A DNA stretch of 64,000 nucleotides. Source: Oscillospiraceae bacterium (GTDB taxonomy: Bacteria > Bacillota > Clostridia > TANB77 > CAG-508). A program made the position numbers and the translations under genes. Under the pieces are notes generated by a model. That model saw nothing but the letters and a program-made list of their open reading frames with translations, was not told the DNA's origin and searched no databases. The stretch is taken from contig WRFS01000002.1 in the NCBI GenBank assembly GCA_009778695.1, positions 23,761 through 87,760 of the forward strand. The letters run 5' to 3'. Positions 26,318 through 35,994 of the stretch are shown piece by piece (positions within the stretch are counted from its first letter, which is position 1; each line of letters starts with the position of its first letter).

Positions 26318-26674
26318 TCAAATAATGTTTTTTACCAATAAACTAATAAATGTTTTATTAGTAATTCTATCTTTTTTGTTTAATGTGGCTCCTGAAAAAA
26401 TCTTATTTAATTCTGGTATATCTTCATCTATAACACAGACTTCTATGCTTTTCCTTATTGCTTTTTCTATCGAACATTCAGTTTTTCCGAATTCATTTGA
26501 TAATTGCTTATATACTTTCATTATCTGTATTTTTTCTTCTTTATTTTCTCTATGTAATAACAATTCGACAGCATGTATAATATATTTATATCCAATTATA
26601 TTACTCGGAATCTTTGCTAAATTCAATACATTACCAACAACACTTTCAATGTTTTTTTCAATTTCTAATCCCAT
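26318..26674 (-). CDS. Receiver-less Spo0A_C-domain protein (118 aa)
   Basis: IPSNIIGYKYIIHAVELLL...FGKTECSIEKAIRKSIEVCV parallels the Spo0A C-terminal HTH region. Confidence 0.7.
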   Translation of the reverse strand: MGLEIEKNIESVVGNVLNLAKIPSNIIGYKYIIHAVELLLHRENKEEKIQIMKVYKQLSNEFGKTECSIEKAIRKSIEVCVIDEDIPELNKIFSGATLNKKDRITNKTFISLLVKNII

Positions 26675-26733
26675 CTAAATTTCCCCCTTTAAAAATAAAT
26701 TCTAAAGAATTTATTTTTAGTATATACCTATAA

Positions 26734-26798
26734 GGTGTTTCGTAGATGTTCGCGTAGGTTGTTCGTATCGTTTCGTAGATGTTCGTGTAGGTAGTTCC
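26734..26798 (+). repeat. Array 2: 5-6 GTTCGT boxes spaced 10/13/10/10/12 bp, directly upstream of 26318..26674
   Basis: ggtgTTTCGTagatGTTCGCgtaggttGTTCGTatcgTTTCGTagatGTTCGTgtaggtaGTTCC. Confidence 0.9.
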
Positions 26799-26800
26799 AA

Positions 26801-26836
26801 ACGAAAAAAACATTACCCAATTTTTAAGTAATGTTT
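26801..26836 (-). terminator. Terminator of gene 26893..28107
   Basis: AAACATTAC / GTAATGTTT stem followed by a T-run on the minus strand. Confidence 0.6.
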
Positions 26837-26892
26837 TATATTAACCTATATTGTTTTACTAGATATGCTGTAATTTATTTAATACAAATTAA

Positions 26893-28107
26893 CTATAGCA
26901 TAAGTGGTAATCCTATTATCTCTTTTGTACTATTATCTAATACTACATCCGTTCTATTTGGCATAATAGAATCATCAGCCTTTTTAAATGAAACAATTAT
27001 AATATCCTTATCTTTAATTGTTATATGATTCCCATTCAAATCAACAGCCATCATTTCAGGATAATCACTTTTTGACCAATACATCACATCTGCATTATCT
27101 TTATTTGAAATTTCTGCTTTCATTGTATCATTTAAACAATTGTATGCTATATCAATTAATTGTTTATCTGTATATGTTTGCGTATCATTTTTAATTTCAG
27201 TTGTGTTTTGTATTTTTGTTTCATTTTCTATATTTGATGTATCATTGCTTATAATGTTCATTATATAATCTTTAAACCCACTTGGAAGAGTTTTATTTAT
27301 AATCATTGTATTATCAACACTTCCGTCACCTTCGAAAACATCTTTCCCATTCGCTTTAACAACCGCACCTAAATTATTGGTATCAGAACAATATACTCCT
27401 ATCATATACCCATTATTTAAATCAATCCATGTATTAATCATACAATCTGTAAGCATATCTGGTATTCCGAAATTTTGTTGTTTAATTAAATCTGCTATTT
27501 CTTCTATTTTTTTGCTATCATTTACTTCTATTTTTCTAGTTTGCATAGAATCACTTGTATATTCGTTTATATAAATAGTTATATTGCTAATATTAGTATC
27601 TATATTATATCTTAAAAATTCATTTGGATTATTAATATAATTTCTTACATCTTGATTATAATATGAATTCATTGTTTCTCTATCATATTCCATAAAAGCA
27701 TATTCTTTAGAAGTATCCAAATCAAAATATGTAAGTTTTTCTAAGTTATTTATAAGAGCAAATAAAACAACTGCATTTGTTTCCACAATAGAATTTTCAT
27801 GATTATAAAACCAACCTATTTTATCATTTTCGTATCCTTTATAATAAACCGTTAAATGTTCTTTCCCATTGTCTACACTTTTCTCAGTTTTCGTTATATA
27901 TTTGTTTAATTCTGTGTTCTCCAGTATCTTATTCAGATTTTCACTATCATTTATGCTATCTGTTTTATATTGAATTAAACTAGCAAAATAGGCTGCATCT
28001 GCTGATGTATATTTGTCTTTTGTAAAAATCTTAAAAGTAATAAAAACGCCAAGAACTAAAATAATAAATACGATTACTGCTATTATAAGAACTATTTTAT
28101 TCTTCAA
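26893..28107 (-). CDS. Membrane-anchored hypothetical protein (404 aa)
   Basis: ORF with an N-terminal TM anchor. Confidence 0.55.
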   Translation of the reverse strand: MKNKIVLIIAVIVFIILVLGVFITFKIFTKDKYTSADAAYFASLIQYKTDSINDSENLNKILENTELNKYITKTEKSVDNGKEHLTVYYKGYENDKIGWFYNHENSIVETNAVVLFALINNLEKLTYFDLDTSKEYAFMEYDRETMNSYYNQDVRNYINNPNEFLRYNIDTNISNITIYINEYTSDSMQTRKIEVNDSKKIEEIADLIKQQNFGIPDMLTDCMINTWIDLNNGYMIGVYCSDTNNLGAVVKANGKDVFEGDGSVDNTMIINKTLPSGFKDYIMNIISNDTSNIENETKIQNTTEIKNDTQTYTDKQLIDIAYNCLNDTMKAEISNKDNADVMYWSKSDYPEMMAVDLNGNHITIKDKDIIIVSFKKADDSIMPNRTDVVLDNSTKEIIGLPLML

Positions 28108-28138
28108 GATAAGTTCCCCCTTTAACCCTTAATATAAA

Positions 28139-28966
28139 TCAGTCTACTAATCCAAACCCTAATGCCTCTTTTGTATCCGCATCAAATATTACCATAACAT
28201 TATTAGGTATAACTGATATATTTTTGGTAAAATCAACTAAAATTATTTCTTTACCTTTTTTTAAACTTTTCATTTTTCCATTAATATCTACATAGGAATA
28301 TGAATCGGTTTCTATCTTTAAGTTTGTAATAGTAGGACTAGAAGGATTAGTAACTAATTTTTTTGTTTCGTCAGGTAAATAGTTAAAAGCTGTTTTTGTG
28401 AGGTAATTTTTTAATGCATCTCCTACAGGTAAAATATCAAATATCTCTTCAGTTGCATACATTTTATCCGTTATAGGTAACTTATCATATGCAGTAAGCC
28501 AGTCATCAAGAATACCTATGTATTTAAAAGTATAATCCTTATATCCTTGACTGCCATATCCATCTCTTGTAGTATCTTCGCACATTTCTACTTGCCCATC
28601 TTGTTTGTAATCTATATCAGTAATTATAAGGTCTCCTTCAGTAGTACATTGAACTATTCTAATAAAAGATGGCCTTTTATTTATAATATCACTAATAAAT
28701 TTATCTAAAATATCATTATTATATCTTTCATTATGTATCGCCACAAAACAATTATCTTTTATTGCATCGTCAAATCCATAATTTTTTGGTAACTCTCTTA
28801 TATCTTTATGTCCCACAATTGTATTTTCTTGATTATTAGAAATAATATTATTCACATTATCTGCAACTTCTACCTTCTCTTTGTTTTGTAAAATATAAAT
28901 AATTATTACACCGATTATTATAATTACTAAAAATAAAATAATTAATATTCTTCTCATTTTATACAC
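28139..28966 (-). CDS. Membrane-anchored protein with a DUF4362-like core and a shared C-terminal module
   Basis: IRIVQCTTEGDLIITDIDYKQDG resembles DUF4362. The C-terminal LKNYLTKTAFNYLPDETKKLV...ALGFGLVD is shared with 32637..33674. The N-terminal 39 aa are identical to 31289..32062. Confidence 0.6.
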   Translation of the reverse strand: MYKMRRILIILFLVIIIIGVIIIYILQNKEKVEVADNVNNIISNNQENTIVGHKDIRELPKNYGFDDAIKDNCFVAIHNERYNNDILDKFISDIINKRPSFIRIVQCTTEGDLIITDIDYKQDGQVEMCEDTTRDGYGSQGYKDYTFKYIGILDDWLTAYDKLPITDKMYATEEIFDILPVGDALKNYLTKTAFNYLPDETKKLVTNPSSPTITNLKIETDSYSYVDINGKMKSLKKGKEIILVDFTKNISVIPNNVMVIFDADTKEALGFGLVD

Positions 28967-29016
28967 CTCATATTATGAATACAATTCAATTTGAGAAAAA
29001 GTTTCATTGTTATATT

Positions 29017-29188
29017 TCATCTATCATTTTTCCCTTTTTGTTAATTGATAAACAATTAATAGTAAGGCACAGCCAATAGCATATATAACACAACCAATGA
29101 AAAGAGTAAAAGAAAAACGGCTCGTATTATTTTCAGTTTCAGATAATGAATATGCCCCAACAACATATCCATTTTCATATTTTTACGA
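29017..29188 (-). pseudogene. Truncated duplicate of the 3' end of gene 33766..34308
   Basis: About 170 bp align closely by eye with 33766..33935 (…cagccaatagcatatataacacaacc…cagtttcagataatgaatatgcccc…). Confidence 0.7.
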
Positions 29189-29217
29189 TATTAGCTCGAT
29201 AATTTTTTCTATTGCTC

Positions 29218-29406
29218 TCATAATATCTGAATAATTAATATTTCTTTTGGTGTGATAACATCTCCTGTAGATATTTCTACAAACATATTTATTCTAGTAT
29301 TTTCCAAAATATGCTCAAAAAAGAACATCTGATATAATTGCATTGACATATCGTTATCGCCTTCTGCCTTTTTATTTATAATGCTTTTTAATTTGTCCTT
29401 GTTCAT
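29218..29406 (-). pseudogene. AbiEii/AbiGii-type nucleotidyltransferase toxin remnant (62 aa)
   Basis: The N-terminus MNKDKLKSIINKKAEG...QLYQMFFFEHILE resembles the AbiEii N-terminus, but the ORF is far too short. Confidence 0.5.
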
Positions 29407-30030
29407 TTATATTAATACCTCCAAATATTCTCTTACTTTTTTATCTATATTAAATTTTTTAGCATAATCATGTAATTTAATTGTGTTTCTACCTTTATAC
29501 TTAGCATATTGCTTTAATGCCATGGTAAATATTTCTGCATCCATTTTATTTCTCTTCTTTATTATATCACATATGGTTCTTTCCAAGTCATAAATCTTAA
29601 TAGGTAACCCAAAAGGAGATGTAATTTCAATTACACCTAAATTAATATACTCTTTTTTTACATAATACAACCTTACATTTTTATCTTCTTGTAATCTACC
29701 TTTATAACCTTGAGGTACTGTAATATCAAAGTATATTGGTGTTCTGTCTGAAAAATTATGGAAATATAAAGCAGTAGCATGCGAATATATAGCTTTTGGA
29801 ATATTACAAATCTTAGCAAAAAAAATGTCTTCAAACGCATTATAATCTTGATATACACCTGGTGCTATTTTTGTAATCTGTTTGTTTTTAACCATCTCTG
29901 TTAAAAATCTTGGATTAATATCATTATCAAGCACCATAGTTCGTGTTACATATCCATTATTTTTAATTAACTCAGCAATTTTTTCAATATTTTTCATTTC
30001 AAATTCCCTTTCGTACTTTAATTTTATCAT
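29407..30030 (-). CDS. AbiEi-family (type IV TA) antitoxin-like transcriptional regulator
   Basis: The N-terminal segment NGYVTRTMVLDNDINPRFLTEMVKNKQITKIAPGVYQ is typical of AbiEi. Confidence 0.65.
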   Translation of the reverse strand: MIKLKYEREFEMKNIEKIAELIKNNGYVTRTMVLDNDINPRFLTEMVKNKQITKIAPGVYQDYNAFEDIFFAKICNIPKAIYSHATALYFHNFSDRTPIYFDITVPQGYKGRLQEDKNVRLYYVKKEYINLGVIEITSPFGLPIKIYDLERTICDIIKKRNKMDAEIFTMALKQYAKYKGRNTIKLHDYAKKFNIDKKVREYLEVLI

Positions 30031-30172
30031 ATTAAAGTATAAAAGGGAATGGTTTTTTGAAAAAAATATAATTTTCTTTCACAATCAAACTTTTATTATT
30101 TAATTCATAAAAAAGTCATTGTACCTATAATATTAATATATTAAATCTCGCAATTATTTATTGTTATATTTT

Positions 30173-31258
30173 TTAATGCGTCTTTTGTGTATATCCTGTT
30201 ACTGATGTACTAGATAATAATCTCATTGTAGGTATTCCAATATATACATCTCGATTGCCATCAAGGGTATTTTCTTTTATTATTGTATAGTTTTCATATT
30301 CATATATTCTGCTACCACCATCTAGGTATGCATCGTAATATTTAAGTCGTCCATTTTCCCCGTCATCGCTAGCTTTTTCTATAATATCTTCCATTGTTAT
30401 TTCGCTTGTTTATAATGCCTCTTTCAAATCAATTGTTTTATTGGTAAATTTTACATCTACATTTTTTAACCCATAATAGTAAATATTATACTTATACTTT
30501 TTAGCAATTTCCCCTGTAGTAATTTTCGTTATTTCTCCAGTTCCAGATTCTTTCACTACTAAATCTTGTAGTTTTGGTGATGCATATTTTTCTACAATAT
30601 ACTTTTTTGCTTCTGCATAATCTGTAATATCCGAAAGTGTTTTTTCACCTTCGTTTAGTGTAGAATTTGTGCTTCCATCAAAAAATACACCATTATCTTC
30701 GTTCATAAATGCATAACGTAATCCATAAGAATCCAAGCTATAATCCGCCAAATCAAGTAAATGTAACTTCTTTCCATTTTCTTCAAAGTAATCAGTTTCT
30801 TTAAGTTTTCTTGGAGTAAATATTCCTTTTGCACCAACCTTTAATAAAGTTGCCAAACTAGTTTTATCAATCAAGAATTTTTCTGAAATAGGAAAAGATA
30901 TTATTGCAGAAACCTCATCATTATTTGATAATTCTCCTTTTAATACTTCATCTACCTTAATTGTTACCACTGCCATATACTCTGCATAAGTCCACAATCC
31001 TTCAGAAATAGATTTCCCAAAATTAACTTTATAATTTGTAATTTTAGTAATTGTACCTTCAAAAATCGCTGTATCATCGTTATTGAAAATACTCTCTTCA
31101 TCCAGTTTATCCCAAAGAACTGCCACCTCAATATTCGGTACACTTTTGATTATTTTATATTTTGCATTGTCAGATTGATTTAATGGCAATAACACTATAC
31201 TCCCTATAACAATAATTATTATTACAATACAACCTACAATTAGTAAAAATTTTTTCAA
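30173..31258 (-). pseudogene. Paralogue-family gene split by an in-frame TAA (30407..30409)
   Basis: ...TNKTIDLKEAL-stop-TSEITMEDIIEKA... compared with the intact ...KEALQTNEITMEDIIEKA in 32637..33674 (CAA to TAA). Confidence 0.75.
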
Positions 31259-31288
31259 AATTTAAAACCCCTTTTATTTCATTTTTTC

Positions 31289-32062
31289 TTATATCATGTT
31301 TGGTATTATTGCATTTAGCATTTCCCATTCTCCAGTTTCATAATTTTTTACTTTAATTGCTTTACTATCGGAACCTAATGTAGCCACATCTACTTCTCTT
31401 ACTCCATACCATAAATATCCAACTGAATATCTTTTAAAGTCATCATTGTATGTTAGATACATTAAATAAGTTTTTCCTAATTCCCATTCCATATATGTTT
31501 CTTTCAAGTACTTAGTATTTTTTTCCTTTTCACTTAACTTATTAAGCCAATGATTCTTTGAACTATATTGCTCTGGAAATAATCCTTTTTGATAATCTGC
31601 TATTGTTATTATTCCGCCACTCCTAATGTATGGAATTGTTTCTTCTTCCAAATCGCCTTTTAAAACTCTTTCTACTTTTAACTGACCAATAGTTGAAGGT
31701 CCATCTATATAAATTTTTGCTTTTGGATTATAGTTAGTACCACCATCTATTGTTTGAATTTTCCCAATTATTATATAATCGCTTTGATTATATAGCACAT
31801 TGTTGTCCGATGGGTCTTCTTTTGCTTCTATTGTAGTATTTTCAAAAGGAACATATTCTGTAGAACTATAATCTTTAATAATATCTTCTTTTGCAATTTT
31901 GCTATATGCATCGTATCCAGCTTCGTCAATGTTGGTTTCAGTGTTAATAATATTGTTCACATTATCTGCAACTTCTACCTTCTCTTTGTTTTGTAAAATA
32001 TAAATAATTATTACACCGATTATTATAATTACTAAAAATAAAATAATTAATATTCTTCTCAT
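31289..32062 (-). CDS. Membrane-anchored hypothetical protein (257 aa)
   Basis: ORF whose N-terminal 39 aa are identical to 28139..28966. Confidence 0.55.
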   Translation of the reverse strand: MRRILIILFLVIIIIGVIIIYILQNKEKVEVADNVNNIINTETNIDEAGYDAYSKIAKEDIIKDYSSTEYVPFENTTIEAKEDPSDNNVLYNQSDYIIIGKIQTIDGGTNYNPKAKIYIDGPSTIGQLKVERVLKGDLEEETIPYIRSGGIITIADYQKGLFPEQYSSKNHWLNKLSEKEKNTKYLKETYMEWELGKTYLMYLTYNDDFKRYSVGYLWYGVREVDVATLGSDSKAIKVKNYETGEWEMLNAIIPNMI

Positions 32063-32117
32063 ATTTTATACACCTCATATTATGAATACAGTTCAATTTG
32101 AGAAAAGGTTTCATTTT

Positions 32118-32567
32118 TTATATTTCATCATTCAATAATTGTATTCTAACTACATTAGTTATTATAGCAGGATAGGTTTCTTCTATAGTGCCTACACAAG
32201 TAATAGATATAGTTTGTCCCTCTTTTAAATCAGATATATTAATTATTGTACCTCTCCACAATAAAATAGTATTTTCTTGTACATTAAATGTATATTCATC
32301 TCTATAATTAATATCGTTTATTTTTAGTCCCTCAACTAATATGTTATTACCTGAAATTTTTTCTATTGTAGCATAAAAAGTCTGTCCATAATCATTTATA
32401 GTTTTATTAATTGAATTATTATCAGTGCTGTTTGATATTTCATTTGTTATAATATTATCTATTTCCCCAGTATTTATTGTTGTTTTGTTGCCAATATAAT
32501 AACCTATTGTTCCTGCTAATATCATTAATATAATTATTAATATAATTTTGAAAAACTTATTTAACAT
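32118..32567 (-). CDS. Membrane-anchored DUF3221-like protein
   Basis: YATIEKISGNNILVEGL...ISITCVGTIEETYPAIITNV. Confidence 0.55.
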   Translation of the reverse strand: MLNKFFKIILIIILMILAGTIGYYIGNKTTINTGEIDNIITNEISNSTDNNSINKTINDYGQTFYATIEKISGNNILVEGLKINDINYRDEYTFNVQENTILLWRGTIINISDLKEGQTISITCVGTIEETYPAIITNVVRIQLLNDEI

Positions 32568-32636
32568 CAGCTATCTACCCCTTTTAATAAATATCTTCCT
32601 CATAAAGTTTGTTTCTATATAAATATTAACTTTAAA

Positions 32637-33674
32637 TCATTCTACTAATCCAAACCCTAATATTGCTTTTGTATCTGCATCAAATATAACTACTGTATTA
32701 TTAGGATCATACGGTACATTTTTTGTAAAATCAACTAATATTATTTCTTTGCCTTTATTTAAACTTTTCATTTTTCCATTAATATCTACATAGGAATATA
32801 ATGCAGTTGCTATTTTTAAATTTGTAATAGTGGGATTAGACGAATTAATAACTAATTTTTTTGTTTCATTTGGTAAATAATTAAAAGCAGTTCTCGTGAG
32901 ATAATCTTTCAGTGTATATCCTGTTACTGATGTACTAGATAATAATCTCATTGTAGGCATACCAATATATACGTCTCTATTTCCATCAAGACTATTCACT
33001 TTTATAATTGTATAATTTTCATATTCATATATTCTGCTACCACCATCGTCGTATGAATCGTAATACTTAAGTAGTCCATTTTCGCCATCGTTTTTTGCTT
33101 TTTCTATAATATCTTCCATTGTTATTTCGTTTGTTTGTAATGCCTCTTTCAAATCAATTGTTTTATTGGTAAGTTTTACATCTACATTTTTTAACCCATA
33201 ATAGTAAATATTATACTTATACTTTTTAGCAATTTCCCCTGTAGTAATTTTTGTTATTTCTCCAGTTCCAGATTCACTTACTATTAATCCTTGTAGTTTG
33301 TTTTCGTTTACTGATTGCACATATGAATCCCAAGCCCATTTCGAATAATATCCATTTGCTGAAAACATGACTCTTTCTTTTACATTACCATTACTATATA
33401 CAATCATTGCTCCCATTTGTTCATTTTTTATATTTTCAAATCCTCTATTTTTCATATAAGTATCAAGCAACTCCATCGCATTAGTTGGTTTTGAAAAAAC
33501 TATTTTTGGATTTTTCTGCACCTCTACATATTCTGTGTCTGTAAATAGTATTCTTATCATTCCAATTCCGCTTGAAATCGGATTAATAACTTTAAATTTA
33601 AAATATGAAAAAAGAGTTGCACATATTACTAATACTAATATTCCAATAATTAAATATAAAATTTTATTCTTCAT
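32637..33674 (-). CDS. Membrane-anchored mosaic paralogue (345 aa)
   Basis: It contains both the YKYNIYYYGLKNV...DVYIGMPTMRLLSSTSVTGYT module and the LKDYLTRTAFNYLP...ILGFGLVE module. Confidence 0.6.
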   Translation of the reverse strand: MKNKILYLIIGILVLVICATLFSYFKFKVINPISSGIGMIRILFTDTEYVEVQKNPKIVFSKPTNAMELLDTYMKNRGFENIKNEQMGAMIVYSNGNVKERVMFSANGYYSKWAWDSYVQSVNENKLQGLIVSESGTGEITKITTGEIAKKYKYNIYYYGLKNVDVKLTNKTIDLKEALQTNEITMEDIIEKAKNDGENGLLKYYDSYDDGGSRIYEYENYTIIKVNSLDGNRDVYIGMPTMRLLSSTSVTGYTLKDYLTRTAFNYLPNETKKLVINSSNPTITNLKIATALYSYVDINGKMKSLNKGKEIILVDFTKNVPYDPNNTVVIFDADTKAILGFGLVE

Positions 33675-33765
33675 ATACTGCTCCTTTAATTAAAATATTA
33701 AAAAATTTTATACACCTCATATTATGAATACAATTCAATTTGAGAAAAAGTTTCATTGTTATATT

Positions 33766-34308
33766 TCATCTATCTTTTATTTTCCTTTTTATTAATTGAT
33801 AAATAATTAAAAGTAAAGCACAGCCAATAGCATATATAACACAACCGATGAAGAGAGTAAAAGAAAAATGGCTCGTATTATTTTCAGTTTCAGATAATGA
33901 ATATGCCCCAACAACATATCCATTTTCATATTTTATTCCAACTGTGGCAAATCGAAAGCCTTGTTCTGGTTGCCATGTTACTCGATTTTCTCCCGTTTTA
34001 TCAATTTGCTCAAGACAACTTATAGGATATACAAAGTTTGAATTCTCAGAAGAAGATGCAACGAGATTTTTATTATTATCAAAAATAAATACAAACGGAG
34101 TAATTGTTGTAGTAATATCCGTATCAGCAGGAAGTGACTCTTGCAATGTTTTACCATTTTCTAATTCATATATTACTTGCTTCGCTATCATAGCTGCAGG
34201 TTGATTTGCACTATTACGTTCTATTTGCTGAAAAGAAACGTATGTACAACCTGCTGTAAAAATACCTGCTATCATCAAAATAATCCAAATTAAAAATATT
34301 TTTTTCAT
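33766..34308 (-). CDS. Hypothetical protein with N- and C-terminal TM segments (180 aa)
   Basis: ORF plus its hydrophobic termini. Confidence 0.55.
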   Translation of the reverse strand: MKKIFLIWIILMIAGIFTAGCTYVSFQQIERNSANQPAAMIAKQVIYELENGKTLQESLPADTDITTTITPFVFIFDNNKNLVASSSENSNFVYPISCLEQIDKTGENRVTWQPEQGFRFATVGIKYENGYVVGAYSLSETENNTSHFSFTLFIGCVIYAIGCALLLIIYQLIKRKIKDR

Positions 34309-34345
34309 AAATTTCTAATATTCCTTTCATTCATTAATTATTGAA

Positions 34346-34637
34346 TTACATATCGCCAAAATCATAGACTTTCCAGTTTGATGATTTATTATCTCTAATA
34401 AGTATCCAATTCCAATTTGTATAATCATTGTTGGGAACAAGACTATCTTCACTACCAGGACCTGCATAAAAATTAAAATATAATATAATCACATTGTTTT
34501 CTGCGGTTACAACACCTTGAGAAACATACCTTGATTTCCGACCACTTGATATGCAACATAACCAAGAAATGTAACAATAATCAATATAATTATTATCATT
34601 ATTATAAAAATAATTCTTTTTAAATTTTCTTTCACAC
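34346..34637 (-). pseudogene. Small membrane-anchored protein gene with a frameshift
   Basis: Own translation: MGDSVKENLKRIIFIIMIIIILIIVTFLGYVAYQVVGNQG... stops. Another frame continues YVSQGVVTAENNVIILYFNFYAGPGSEDSLVPNNDYTNWNWILIRDNKSSNWKVYDFGDM. Confidence 0.5.
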
Positions 34638-34735
34638 TATCCCCCATTAATAATAAATTTATTTAACAAATTGTTATTCCTACTTTACCATTAAAATTAC
34701 TAATAGTCAAACATCACAATCTGAAAAAATATTTT

Positions 34736-35233
34736 TTAACTAATTCTTTCAGCTAATGTGTAAATAAATTTTTTGTTACTTATCTTCCCATTTTCTTTAG
34801 AAACAATATTATGAAATATTTTATCTATCTCATTTTTATTGCCGTGATTAAAAGTTGCTTCAATTGCTGTTTCCATTGTTCTGTCTATTGAGCGCATACT
34901 TTTACCTTGATATATAAGCATAAGTTCTGCATAAATGGTACTTAATTTTAAATGACGTGTTTTTCCAGTTCTATTTAAATAAAATATTGCGGATAATATG
35001 TATTGGTATCCTACCCTATTTTTAGGCATTCCTATTAAATCTAATATATTAATAATTCTACTTTTTAAGTTTTCTTGAAAATGCTCATCTTCTAAATTCT
35101 TTACTATTTCATAATGATGCTTTTTAACAGTAATTATTTCTACATTTTCTTCTTTTAGAAGCTTTAAATATTCATTAACCTTATTGATATTACTTTTATT
35201 GCTATTTATAATTACTACTTTTATCTTCTCCAT
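34736..35233 (-). CDS. Spo0A_C-domain protein with a degenerate N-terminal region (165 aa)
   Basis: GMPKNRVGYQYILSAIFYL...SMRSIDRTMETAIEATF parallels the Spo0A_C HTH. Confidence 0.65.
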   Translation of the reverse strand: MEKIKVVIINSNKSNINKVNEYLKLLKEENVEIITVKKHHYEIVKNLEDEHFQENLKSRIINILDLIGMPKNRVGYQYILSAIFYLNRTGKTRHLKLSTIYAELMLIYQGKSMRSIDRTMETAIEATFNHGNKNEIDKIFHNIVSKENGKISNKKFIYTLAERIS

Positions 35234-35290
35234 CTAAATTTCCTCCTAAAAATAAATTTTAAAAAATTTATTTTTAGTATATAACTATAA

Positions 35291-35368
35291 GGTGTTTCGT
35301 ATATGTTCGCATAGGTTGTTCGTATATGTTCGTATATGTTCGTATATGTTCGTGTATGTTCGTGTGAG
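35291..35368 (+). repeat. Array 3: seven GTTCG boxes spaced 10/13/10/10/10/10 bp, directly upstream of 34736..35233
   Basis: ggtgTTTCGTatatGTTCGCataggttGTTCGTatatGTTCGTatatGTTCGTatatGTTCGTgtatGTTCGTgtgag. Confidence 0.95.
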
Positions 35369-35384
35369 TAATTAATAAACGAAA

Positions 35385-35424
35385 AAAGCCTTGATATTGA
35401 GAGGATTCAACATCAAGGCTTTTT
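35385..35424 (-). terminator. Rho-independent terminator of gene 35516..35926
   Basis: AAAAGCCTTGATATTGA / TCAACATCAAGGCTTTT with a T-run on the minus strand. Confidence 0.75.
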
Positions 35425-35515
35425 CTTAATATGGTAGATTGCATTTATATCCATAAATCACAACTACAATAACAAATAATCCTAAAATTATTAAGATTTT
35501 ATTTATAACAATATA

Positions 35516-35926
35516 TTATTTTATTACTACTTTGTCTTTAGTTGCTTCCAAATCACTAAAGATTTTTTTATCATTATCCGAAAATATACTTATGTCTTTA
35601 TTTTGTGTATATTCCCCAATTTTATAGTTTAATTTTGTATACCCCATCGAACCTATTGCATACACATAGTCTCTTACTTTTTTGTAATTATACACGCTTT
35701 CTTCAACAGCAGTATTATTTTTTTGATCATACAGTGTCCACGTTGCTTTATAATCAAAATCTACTCCATCTAATATAACGAATCTAGCATCTCCAAAATA
35801 ATCATGGGTATCTCTTCCGCTCTTTGGATATGGGCCAGAATTATCTATAATAATTCTGATAATTAAATATATTATAAAGATAACAATCATGGCTATTGCC
35901 GATATAAAAACGTATTTATTATTCAT
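35516..35926 (-). CDS. Membrane-anchored hypothetical protein (136 aa)
   Basis: ORF with an N-terminal TM anchor and an AGGAGG RBS. Confidence 0.55.
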   Translation of the reverse strand: MNNKYVFISAIAMIVIFIIYLIIRIIIDNSGPYPKSGRDTHDYFGDARFVILDGVDFDYKATWTLYDQKNNTAVEESVYNYKKVRDYVYAIGSMGYTKLNYKIGEYTQNKDISIFSDNDKKIFSDLEATKDKVVIK

Positions 35927-35994
35927 GTATTTTATCCTCCTAATTTAATATTTAAAATTATATTATAAATATATTTTTTTATCAAGCAATTTTA

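Noticed and set aside
34538-34540. A CGG inside the frameshifted small gene 34346..34637 as a seventh recoding site.
   Set aside because: This CGG is not in the frame that starts at the ATG; it reads GTC GGA. The lesion needs a -1/+2 correction, so it looks like ordinary decay inside the element.
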